A DNA stretch of 64,000 nt, taken from the NCBI RefSeq assembly GCF_009914755.1, contig NC_060933.1, one strand, 5' to 3'. This DNA is from the human T2T-CHM13v2.0 reference genome, Homo sapiens. The position numbers and the translations under genes are program-made. Positions 26,701-38,899 of this stretch are shown here, in pieces. A model generated the notes under the pieces. That model was not told where the DNA came from. It saw nothing but the letters and a program-made list of their open reading frames with translations, and ran no database searches. Numbering within the stretch: position 1 is the first letter of the stretch; each line of letters starts with the position of its first letter.

Positions 26701-29700
26701 AACTGGGAGCAAGTTAAGTACAAAATAACTCATGTTCCATTTAAGTCACAACTTTCTAACTGTAACTGTCAAGGTTGAATTAATTAGGATATTTAATACC
26801 AAGGCTTGCTTCTAGAGTTTTTTTTTTTTTTTTAAAGAGAAGAAGAAAACGAATGGTATTTAGCTAAAAGAGTTGATCCCCAAGTGTGGTGATAAAAACT
26901 GTCAACCCTTATGTACAAAGGGTTTTTTTTTTTTTCTTCAACAAATAGTGTGTCAGTGTTTTTTAAAATGAATAAACTCCACTGAACCTCTACAAATCCT
27001 CATTACATTACTATACCTTATATACATTATGTGAATGGCCCTTGATTTTTTTTCTCATCTCTTAATACATGAGGGATAATGTATAAATACTCTCATGGTT
27101 TATTATGAATGTAATTCCAAACTGTAGGGAGGGAAGAGGGACAAAAGTAGTTCCAGTTAAGCCCCACTGTCCTACGGATTTTAATCAACCTCAGTTGACA
27201 TGTAGCTTTCAGGGTATGTGGATATACATACACATATAAACACCCACAATTAGTCCAGGGTAGACACTGAGCTCCACTCGAGACTATACAGCCAATATTT
27301 CAAACTGAATGGCATTTCCCCCTGTGGCCTTACGCATAATAAAGTCCTCAAAACAGACTTTGAAAAGCATTAAAGTCTGACTGAGGCACACATAAAAGTA
27401 TTTCACCACTCGGTTGTTCAGAAGCTCTCTCTCCTGGCTAGTAGATTAAACAGGTCCTTGGTTATACTTATTCTCCCGCTTCTTCTTTCTTACATGGCCC
27501 ACTTTTGGGGGCATGCCTTTGCTCTTTTGCAGCAACTCCACATGAAGGTGGTAACAGGCAAAGAGAAAATTTTATCTGCAAATTTGACAGTAGATCTAAG
27601 AAGAGATTTAGTAACTGAATCTACTTGCTGAAACCAGGTTTGGGAATTATTATTATTGCCACTGCTGTTCTATCCAATCTCCAGTTGCCTCAGCCAGCTT
27701 AAAGTTGGCTACACAAACCCTGCTTTATCCAGTTTATGTACCAATGGATTTAATACACAGTACACTGACTATAAAACATATCTCATTTTAAAAGTAACTA
27801 TTGAGATTTGCTACCTGAATTAACTATGTACATCCTTTTATTAAACAAAAATACGAATTCTTCTGTAAGAAAATAATCACCCTACCCCCCAGTTATTCAC
27901 TTTAAAGACTTAATTTTCTTAAAGGAACATATATCTATATAAGAATTTCATTAAGCAAAAAGTGCAAAGGCAAGGCATATTTACTATTTGATAAAATATA
28001 TGCTTTAAACTATCACATGTGAAAAAATATTTCAAAATTGAGAGTCGTGGTATAAAAAGCCAGCATCTGGTAGGGAAATATCTAAAAGAAAGAAATTATT
28101 ATACTCAGTCTTGAAAAAGAAAAATGAATGTCACCTTTGTGTCACAAGTAATTTTTCCTCCTTCCCCCAGTAATTCAGGCTGAAATCTCACTCTAAATCT
28201 ATAATCAATCTGTTTTCCCCACTGTAATCCCTTAAAATCTCTAGGCTATCACACACACTTTTGGCACTGACGTGTGTTTTCTTCTGGACTGCTGGATTTG
28301 CTTAATGCATATATCAAGTATCAAACTGCTTTGTATCAGTAACCGGTGGGATAAAAAGACCCTATGTAAAGATTTCCTCATAAAAACGGGTTAAGAGGGC
28401 AGTCCTAGGGCTTAGGAAAAGTCTAACCTAACGAAATCTTAAATGCACAAGTAGAAAATGTTAAGAACTAAAGCAGTATCTGCCGATTTTTCCACTAATG
28501 TGATCAACATATCATTGAGCAGATAGGGAAACCTAAAGTTACCATCCCATTCTCTATTAGTGGGCTGTTTGACATGTATGAGTTATCAACAAGGCAAAAA
28601 CTCTTTTGGGATTTAGACCATTGGCAAAACGAAAGTATTTTATACCATCACACATATTTAATGGAGCGCAAACTTTCAGAAAAGAAGTGACATCTGAAAT
28701 AATGTGAATAAAGAAACAGAGGGGATATATTGGTTAGTGCTTTGAATTCTGTTTACTAATTTGATCATGATAGTAACCCTAATTTCTAATTAGAAAATTT
28801 CTAATTAGATAAGTTCAATTAATCAGTACCAACGGGCACAATCAAAAGAGTCAATACAAATTGTAAAATGTAGCAATTTTTCCTTGAGATATTTTACTGT
28901 ATTTAAAAACCAGTAAAAGAAAACACTTGCCAAATTCATTTAGTCTCTGACTGAGGCACACATATGTGATCTCCTAATTTACAGCTTGCACATACAGATG
29001 TTCACACTTAGTAAAAGGGCTTCTTAATAGCTTTTTTTAATTAAAAGTGTGTTGATAATAGGTGTTTTAAATATATCCAAACAACACAGCTGAACTGACA
29101 AATGCCTGTCTTCATGCCTCACCATGTCTCACATTGTAGCAAGATTTTGTAAGAGAGAAAAGGTTATATGATTCATTCACATATATATAGGATAAATGTT
29201 ATCCCCCAAGAACTCCAAATGAAATCTTTCATTAATTTTTCCTTCTATGATCTGTTTCCAAGTAGAAAATGTTAGATAGCTACTCGGTTTATGTAGCCGA
29301 AAGCAGAACCACACAGCCGTTGCTTGCTGCCTGCAGTTTTTTTCCTTTGCAAAACTTTGAACCCCATCCAGCTTTGACACACTGCCTCTTCAGTTAATAA
29401 CTATCAAGTTTCCCCTTGTCTCCTGTCTACTTTTCTTTGAGGCAATTGCGCACTCAGCACCCCGAGATAATAACACACATCTATAAGATAAAAGCAATGG
29501 CATTAATGTAATTGTCTGCCTCTCTCTCTTTAGCCTAATCTTTTTTTTCCTTCAGTTTTGACTGCCTGTGTGACACCTGTTTTTGTCTCCTCTGATCCTA
29601 CGACAGGTTTTCCGCTGACAAGGTTTTTGCCTGACACAGATTCTGCAGACAAGAACATAATAAAATATGAAGAACTGCTTGTCAGAGTTTCTGCCAATGC

Positions 29701-29908
29701 TCACATGAAATATAGAAAAAAAAATGACTTTTTTTTTAAGGGGCCTTGTGATGGTCGCTTTTGGCATGTCAGAAAAAACACCTCCCTAGCCAAGTTCTCC
29801 AAGCCAAACAGGTGTTTTCTTTTATGTTAGAGGTTGATTTGTTTTTTAATTTTTACTGATAGTGGAAAACACGATTAGCCAAAAGGAGGCGGGTGGGTAA
29901 TGTCTTAC

Positions 29909-29981
29909 CCTCAGATTTTTGCAGGCAAAGGAATATAAAAAAACTGGAAAGCCGAAGGTATTTCACTCAAGATCTTATCTT
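29909..29981 (-). other. BNC2: Candidate stop-containing cassette exon D (73 nt)
   Basis: gtgtttttgttttattcag|AAGATAAG ... TGAGG|gtaaga. Confidence 0.4.
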
Positions 29982-30083
29982 CTGAATAAAACAAAAACAC
30001 CAACATCTGTTAATGATTAAACAAATTTAACTTCTCTAAAATTTACTTCCTGGATGTTTGGGCTGCTAAAACCTCCCACTTAC

Positions 30084-30145
30084 CTTTCACTTATTTTGTT
30101 GTCTGAAGACAGAGGGAAACAGCAAAGGTGAAAATAGAATGAGAA
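30084..30145 (-). other. BNC2: Candidate cassette exon C (62 nt, or 19-nt microexon from 30102)
   Basis: Perfect donor AAG|gtaagt; acceptors gtttttcttttccag| and gtttccctctgtcttcag|. Confidence 0.45.
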
Positions 30146-30734
30146 CTGGAAAAGAAAAACGCACAAATGGGCATAAAGACAAGGTGTTTGTGGGCTGTGC
30201 TTATACCTTAAAATGGGAAGAGGCTGCTGGAAAAGCAAATGGCAATTAGGAATCTGAGTGAGACTTTTCCATAAGCTTAGAGTTTCAATAAACCTTTGTT
30301 CCATGCACCACATGAGATGCTGCAGTATGTTCCAGCACACAAAGGTGAAGTGCCCTTCCTGAGCTTTTCAAGTTAGTGGAAGGATCAGTATTACCCAGAA
30401 ACCTCTGGTCTCAGCAAAGTGTATTGAGAAAATAAAGAAGGGAGCACTTAATTGCTCCGGGGGTGGGGAGTGGTGGTGCAGAGGGGAGTAAAGGGGTGGG
30501 AATCCCACTTTCTTGATGAACAAGGCACAGGAAAAACTGGCCAGGATCAATAGTGCAGCAAGCGTCAAAGTACGAAAAACTGGGAAAGAGTTTACAGTGG
30601 TGACTCAAGGGACAAGAGCCTGGATTTAGGGTGTTAGGATTATCACACCAATTCTAACTACTCTGCCACCAAACCACTTTAACCTAGGCTTTAGCTCTCC
30701 AAATATATTCTCTCATACCTAGAGCCTACGATTA

Positions 30735-31340
30735 CCACGTCTAATGGAAATATAATTTATGGCCGGGCACGGAGGCTCACAGCTGTAATCTCAGTGCTTT
30801 GGGAGCCAGTGCGGGAAGATCATTTGCATCTAGGAGCTTGAGACCAGCCTGGGCAACAAGACGAAACCCTATCTCTACAAAAAATACAAAAATTAGCTGG
30901 GCGTGGTAGCGCACACCTGTGGTCCCAGCTACTCAGGAGGCTGAGGTGGGAGGATTGCTTGAACCCAGGAAGGGGAAGTTGCAATGAGATGACATTGCAC
31001 CATTGCATCTGGGTGACAGAGCAAGACCCTGTCTCAAAAAAAAAAAAAAAACAGAAAAAGAAAAAGAAAGAAATATAATTCAAGCCAAGATACAGAATTT
31101 TAATTTTTCTAGTTTCAAGTAAAATAGTAAAAAAGTGATGTTTAAAAACGTATTTGACATGATAAATCAAAAATATATGGAAGAACAACTCTTAATGACT
31201 ATTTTACATTCTTTTTTTAAATAAGATGACAGCTCCAAAATTTGGTGTACACTTTATACCTACATCACATCTCAATTTGGACTAGCCACATTTCAAGTGT
31301 TCAAAGCCATAACAGTGGCTTCCTTATTGGACAGCCAGGT
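30735..31340. mobile_element. MER33-like hAT MITE interrupted by an Alu
   Basis: gtctaatggaaatataat [Alu] aaatataattcaagcc...cacatctcaatttggactagccacatttcaagtg...tattggacagc. Confidence 0.8.
30761..31070 (+). mobile_element. Alu (AluJ-like) nested in MER33
   Basis: Full dimer; TSD gaaatataatt. Confidence 0.95.
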
Positions 31341-32589
31341 GTAGAGTTGCCTTTACATTTCTTGGCGAGTAGAATCTAAGGCCCAAGACTGTCCTTTCAA
31401 TTAGATGGGTTTGCATTTAAATTTGTAGCGTCACTTGACTGTACAGAAGGCAAAGAGGCCCATGAGGTCAAAGTGGGGATCTCCCTGGGTACCAGGGAGC
31501 AGCTGAACGAAGAGAGGAATCTCACTACTGGGCCTTTTAACAAATACTGGTTACAAGTCTATCCAGTTGTGGTAATACTTAAAGTAATACTTAAAGCACT
31601 TCTTATACAATTCTTTGGGTATATGCGAACTAATAACAAATTAATTCAAGAACCTTTTGAAGATATATAAACATCTACAAAGGCAAAACCTGGTAAGAAA
31701 TGGGATGTATAAACAACATTTTAGGGCTCCCAGAATACAATTCAGAGTTATCTTTGAAATACTGTACTTATCCAGCAATTTCACACTTCAGTAAAGAGGG
31801 GAGAGGAGTTAGAAGTCACCATTTATGACATAATAGAGAAGGAAGAGTGGTTGAAAGGATCAACATGATATTGCTGAGGCATATGGGGTCCTTACGACCC
31901 AGCCGAATCTCCTAGTTTATCCTGAGTAAAAGGAGAGGAGTTGAGTGTGTTTCATTTATAAACCCTTCAATTTGTGTTCTGCTTAACCTGGTGAACTCCA
32001 GTTAATTAAGATGCTCCTATAAACAATTAAGCTTCCTGTAGGATCGTTAGCAAGATATAAAAATTTATGATGTAATAAAATGCAATAAAATGATAAAGTG
32101 GCGAGCCCATCGAAGCACTTCACATGCAAAAAGACAGGTGTGAAAATAGGTAAAAGTAGCCTTAATCCTACCTAAAATTCACCTACTTATAGCTTTTGGA
32201 TTTTTAGCAGGTAAATATTACTATAATTTATTTTAACTGGCGCAATTCTCAAAATGACTTTTGGTGTAAAATATTCCTTACTGTGTTCAAATAAGGGCTC
32301 AAATGACATTTTAGGGGAAATGGAAGGTATGGAACTATACTGGATTTGCTTGGGAAAACAATTTCACCTACGGAACACTTGGTCCAACAGCCAAAAGAAC
32401 TGGTGACCTGACCTCTGCAACTGCATACTGAAGAAAACCTTCCCTGGAAGGAGAAATAGTTTCATCCCAACACATTCCACATTCGTACCTTAAGGGAGAC
32501 ACTAGATATTATCATTAATATTGATGTTTAATATTATTTTATTGACTTAGCAATAACAATACTAGCTCCTAAAATTGTTGTGCCAGAAT

Positions 32590-33075
32590 ATTGGGCTAAC
32601 CCTACTCTTTCATGTAATCCTCTCTCAAAATGAATCTGTGTTATTTAGATGCATTGCTATTATTATCCGAATTTCTCGATGAAATAACTGAGTCTTAGAG
32701 AAGGCATTACTAACAAAAGGCAGAGAAGGGATTTGACCACTGGCCTGGCCACACCCAACTTTTAATCACTCTACTTTGCTAAAACATGTCTATCATGTCC
32801 ACAGTGTTGAAGTCTTACTTTTATAGGAAGTTAGTGATAACAGCAACTAACACTTATTAAGTGTATACTATGTATGAGGCATCTGGATTATCTCATTTAA
32901 TCTTAGAAGAACACTATGAGCTAGGAGCTATCATCACTCACATTTCACAGATGACAGAACAGAGAGATTATACAACTTGGCAAGATTCTACCTACAGTAG
33001 GTGACAGAGCCGCGACGTGAATGTAAACAGTCTCATTCAAGAACAACATTCTTACCTATTTTGTATATTGCCTCC
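32590..33075 (-). mobile_element. Two adjacent MIR fragments
   Basis: tattattatccgaatttctcgatgaaataactgag and tctcatttaatctt...catttcacagatgacagaacagag cores. Confidence 0.7.
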
Positions 33076-33146
33076 CATTCATTCACCCGAAGCGGGATAC
33101 AGCTCTGTGTGTTTCATTCTCAACACCCTCCCACGAAACTCCTTAC

Positions 33147-33222
33147 CAGCAGACCAGCAGTGACTACACTGGAGGCCAGGTCTTGCCAGCCTCACTTTAT
33201 GTTCCATCTGAATAAAACATAG
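33147..33222 (-). other. BNC2: Candidate stop-containing cassette exon B (76 nt, or 61 nt from a second acceptor at 33207)
   Basis: ttttctttttttcctag|CTATG and tgttttattcag|ATGG acceptors; CTG|gtaagg donor; TAA at 33199-33197 in the exon-4 frame. Confidence 0.55.
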
Positions 33223-34543
33223 CTAGGAAAAAAAGAAAATCTGGGGAGCTAATAGGCAGACAGCCCAGGACTTTGAAGGGGAGGCACTGTTTGTGCTGGG
33301 TTTAAAGAAAATTTAAGGAGTGCAAAGCACCATCCAAAAAGTGTGCAGGCTGAGAAACAAATCAAAAGCTGCTCAGAGACACAATAAGAAAATACTTAGT
33401 GCCATTAATCAAGCACCAAACCTTTGCATTTATGAGGATGTCTTCCCTTTAGAGCTTATCAGCAGTGATCAGCAAGTAAAGGAGAGAGGCAGAAGAGGGC
33501 ACTGTGCCCTCAGGTCAAGCCCAAAAAAGCCTCCTGTGCCAGGCAGGAAAATGGCCTTGCTTTTGCTCTCTAAAACGAAGAAAAAAGTCCAAGGACTTTG
33601 CTCATGGAGAGACCAGAATCCAGCTGCCTCACCAAAACTAGGAGGCAGCTAAAAGCTGTTTTCCCTGAGCAAAAGAGAATTTTGCAGCTAGGCAAAGCCG
33701 GGTTTCAGCATTTACAATCTGGAAAAACTAAGTCCACTAGAAAGACAAATTCTTTAAGCAGATACTGCACCAGCTTCCGCTTTTTCCAAACGAGTGCACC
33801 AAGGGAAGAAGACGATAGTGTTTCTATCCTTGTGTTTCTGAACAAAGCCCTAGAAACATTTCCCCTAAGGATCTGGTTCTTACTTTGCCACTGCTAAGCA
33901 TGTACTTCCCTTCCCCTGAGGACTCAAATTAGTGCCTGTGCTACTGTTCACCAAACCCTAAACACCCCTCTGGAAAAAAATTTCTACGAAAGAAAATGTT
34001 GTTTTCGTTGGGATAGTCTCCAAGCCAGAGCTTGCTGGGAACATTATCTCCCTTTGTCAGACGAAACTTAGTTGTTTTTTAGTCTCCTCTCTTTATCTTG
34101 ACACATTTACAAATTATCATATGGACACTGTTGTGGAGTCACTCAGAATGAGCATGATATCACAGAAATGTCATGCTTTATTCTTATGATAAAGGAATTT
34201 CTATTCGGAGTGGGAAGGAGAGAAGACTAGGGAAGAAAAGAGATTGGCAAGGAAAAGACTGGACTACTTTAGTTATGCTAGGTTTTGGACTCAAGTCAGG
34301 GAGAATATTAGAGAGTTACCAGTTGGGAACAAACCACTTTCACAGATATTTAGACAATTTATAAGAACATAGACTGGGACAAATAATAAAGACATGTGAA
34401 CTTTCATAGGACAAAATGAAAAATTACTTGTTTTGATCTGCCTTGCTTGTAAGTCCTTACAAACTACCATGCCTCCAACGAACTTGAGGAATTTGTAAAT
34501 AAAATACTGAGATCTCATGATTCTAAATGTAGGACTGATATAA

Positions 34544-34849
<306 letters not shown>

Positions 34850-37091
34850 CAAAACCTTTTTGATTATAGGATGCTTATGACCAATAGCCCTGATTTAGGA
34901 TTTATGCAAATTGAGTCTGAATAGGATTTTCTTTTAGGTATGGGCTTGCCAGATTTAGCAAATAAACATAAAGGACTCTCACCTAAATTTGCATGGTAAT
35001 ATTTATATTTAAAATCATTTATTGTTTATTGATATTCAGATTCAATCAAAAATTCTATATTTTCTATTTGGGTGAAGGTCTCTATAAATACCCCTGGTCT
35101 GATAAGACATATCAAGTACAAGCTGAAAATTCAAATTCAACCATGCTGAGAAAAAAAAAAGAAAAATTATATCCAGTGAATACAAAAAAAAAGGTTTGAA
35201 ATTAATGGGTTATATGCATATTAAGTCTTACAGTACATTAAACCATAAAGCTGGTTGGTATATGATACTAAATTAACTTTATACTTCTCATCATTTCCGT
35301 GGAAGAACTGAAGGCTACCTGGCACAATCCTTCATGTATGAGATAGGTTTAATAAATATCTACTGACTGATGATCTGGATGATGTAGACCAGGTCTGCTT
35401 ACTTTACATTAAAAAAAAATCAGGAGTTTGGAGAAAATATAGGCAGGAAAAAAGCTGGCTTAATTAGTAAATAATTAAAGTAATAATGTAAAACTATCTT
35501 TTCCTCGAATGAAATGCATGCAGTAAAAGGAAATCACATTTACAGAACATAATAAAAGAAAGGTCTCAAAATTCCAGTGCAACAAGCATTCTTGCAGGCA
35601 GACCTCAGCCAAAGGAAATAACACTGGTATTAATTCAGATCTCTTGAAAGTGAATGAAGATTCTAGTATTCATGCAGCTTGTTGGAATGGTATATCCTTT
35701 CATTTAAAGTCAAAGAAAAAAAAAGAAAATAATTTGCACAGAGAAAGCTGCTGTGGGTGCGTTAAGCTATAAAATGTATTTTTTATTCATCAAGTCTCAT
35801 ATTCTTGCCAAATGCTCACCTCACATACCTAGGAAACAGTGGAATTAAAAAAAAATTTTTTTTTGTTTTTTTCCAAAAAAGAGATGGTCTTAACAAATGA
35901 GCTTCATCAGAAGAAAAAGTTACTGATCTAGTTTAAAAAAAAATTCTAAATGAATTACCTCTGTAAAATCTGCCCACCTCTTTTATCAAATACACAAATC
36001 AAATATCATGGGATAAAAACAATTTTCCAGTTGTACTGGATTATCATTAAATATTTCCTAAAACGCCTTAGAATTCAGTTTGTTTTCTTTCTTATTTTTA
36101 CTATTTTATTTACCTTCATCTTAATGGTTTAGAAATAAAGTCCTCATCTAAACTATGGACATTAAAACTAACTTGCAAATATTAAACAATAAAAATGGTT
36201 TCGTGCAGCAGTCCTCAACCTTTACATCATGCCTCCTGTTTTTTTTCACGAAGACAGCAAACTCCTATTGGTAATGCTTCCTGTTAGAAGCAGGTATTCT
36301 TCAAGGGAGAATAGTAAGTAGGACTCACTCCCACCTGCACCCAATGCTGAGTGTATTCTAGTTGTACCAGCTAATTTTTAACATTCTGTAAAATATTTGG
36401 CTGAAGTCTGAATTCTGTGAATGGCCAAATTGCTACTCTAGTGTGGAGGCAAAGGGTAAAAAGAAAAAAAAAAATTACATCACCAGAAAAGGAGCCCATT
36501 ACTGCTCTTATCCTGATATCTTAATCTTATTTTGCCACTTTCGAACCAAAAAGAGCTCTAAAAAACTTTTGTTGTTATTGTTTTTCAAGCCATACTCAGA
36601 TTGTTTTAGGTGAATGAAGGAAACGCACTGAGAAGATAAAGCAAACAAGGGAAAGTAAAAAATATAGTATTTATAGTATTTCAGTGAAGTAGTGGCAGTA
36701 AACTGGAGTCCTTTTACAGAGACTTGACAGAATTAGAAATTCTGAGCCATTTCTGGCCCATCAACTAAATTATTACAGACTAGGTATGGCCATCTTTTAC
36801 CAAGAGAAAAAAAAATGTTTAAGTAAATTCAATAAGCCCTGCTTTCTATTATCAGAGTGAAAGAGCTAAGATTCCTTAATGTGGGCAGGGTGGTGGTAAG
36901 GTAGGAAATCCTTTATTAATTTAGTGGGAAATACCTACTGGTATTCAGAACTGCTCTGAGATTCCTTCCTCCCTTAACTCAATAGTGCTAAGGATTTTAA
37001 GAAAATACTCTGTGAAAAGTAACACAGCCCACTAAGTATTAATAATTTCAAAACCCAGGTGTTGCAGTATAATGAATTAATCACTCTTTAA

Positions 37092-37398
37092 TTTATTATT
37101 TTTTTTTTATTTTTGAGACAGAGTCTTGCTCTGTCACCCAGATTGGAATGTGGTGGCATGATCTCAGCTCACTGCAGCCTTGACCTCTTAGGCTCAATCA
37201 AACCTCCCACCCCAGCCTTCAAAGTAGTTGGGACCGAGAGCACACGCAAACACACCGGACTAATTTTTGTACTTTTTGTAGAGACAAGATTTTGCCATGT
37301 TGCCCAGGTTGGTCTTGAACTCCTGGGCTCAAGCGATCCACCTGTCTCAACCTCGCAAAGTGCTGGGAATACAGGCTGTCAGACACACCACACCCAGC
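37092..37398 (-). mobile_element. Alu (AluJ-like)
   Basis: Reverse dimer, ctgcagccttgacctcttaggctcaa. Confidence 0.93.
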
Positions 37399-37923
37399 TT
37401 TTAATTTTTTAGAAACACATTTCTAAAGATTTTTGTAAAGTAGTTAACGTCAACAACTTACGCAGCTTTAGTAAGCAATCTGTAAGTCAACAGAGAGAAT
37501 GTGCGTGTGTTTCTGTGTGTGTACATATACAGAGACACACATATGTGCATATATATGGTAGATAATGACCCATGAAATCCAACATCTTAGGAATGAACTG
37601 AAAATGCTGTTAACAAGGATAATTTATTCAAGAAAGGAGGTCAACAAATTTCTAAAAATCTGTTTTAGAGAGAATACATGATTTTGGCATTTGGTTATTT
37701 TTTAGCAGCAGATATTAAAAATTTTTTTATTGACATAATGACAGGTAGAATGCATTCAGTGCTACCATGAAACCATTCTGGGCAATGTATCTTGGTAGTT
37801 TTGTTGCTGTTCCATGCATTTCAGAGGAAAATTACACACTAGAAAACCCAAGTCACTTCCTCATTGCCCCACACCCAGGACACTGCACAGTATAAGGCAG
37901 CCGGAAAGAATGCTGTGTTTCAC

Positions 37924-37962
37924 CTCTGAGCAGAAGTCATTGGAGACACGATTTCAGGGTTT
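37924..37962 (-). other. BNC2: Candidate stop-containing cassette exon A (adds ETLKSCLQ* after exon 4)
   Basis: aactaattgcttcattccctctctctgcacag|AAACCCTG; branch A at -27; donor GAG|gtgaaa is only moderate, so the 3' end is uncertain; in-frame TGA at 37939-37937. Confidence 0.55.
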
Positions 37963-38619
37963 CTGTGCAGAGAGAGGGAATGAAGCAATTAGTTGTAATG
38001 CTAGGGGCAAAAAGAGTGGGTGCTGTCATCCCACTGCCAACTCCAAGGCTAGAGGCCAACCCCTCACTGCTGTATTTGGCCTCATGAATGGGGAGAGTGT
38101 GGGATTCACATGCTTGGGTGTATGCATTTTGAGCTGTATACAGATATCTCCCTGTTGTGGGAAAAAAGAGGTCAAGGTGATAATTGTAAAGGAAAGAATT
38201 AGAATACATTTTGCTAAGGTCTGAGAAACACCAAAATTAATATCCTAGAAACATAGAATTTTTAATGGTACAGTAGAAAAAGCACAGTCTGGTGTAACAA
38301 AAACATCTTATTCAAGTTGGGTGAAAAATGACATTCTTCAGAAAGTCCTCGAAACAATCACTGGCCAGGAATAATTTATGTTGTTCAAGAAGGAAAAAAC
38401 ATTGCTTTTTCCTTTACATTACTAATGTAATATGCACATGGACATTAAATAGATAAAACAAACTGGTGACACAGTTAACTTTTATACTCCAAGGCTACCA
38501 TAGTAGATAGATAATGATAATACAAGATGGCTTTGGCAAAAATGAGAGCGAATAAATGAAACGCCTTTGTTCAACGACTGGCCTCCCCTTTAGTGCTCAT
38601 CTACTGTCCATTTTACTTT

Positions 38620-38800
38620 TAATATGTATTAGTTAGAAAGGCTTCATATATTTTCTCTTTAATTTTCATAATAAGACTGTAAAGTAGGAACTATTAATCC
38701 TATTTTACAGGCAAGAAAACTGAAGTCCAGCAATATTAACATGTCATGAGGTGACAGAGCCAGGATTTGACCTCAGAACAGTCTACAACCAAACTGCCTC
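38620..38800 (-). mobile_element. MIR
   Basis: ctattaatcctattttacaggcaagaaaactgaag...gacagagccaggatttgacc. Confidence 0.75.
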
Positions 38801-38899
38801 CAATATTCATATGGTTCTGATGAGTTTAGGATATAAGCTCTGTACCTATTACCCAGCAAAACCAATACTTCTTCAGAGAAAAAAAGGATATTTGGGAAC

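Noticed and set aside
31572-31596. gtaatacttaaa tandem duplication; also tgattat three times at 49427-49455
   Set aside because: Ordinary short slippage duplications with no further support.
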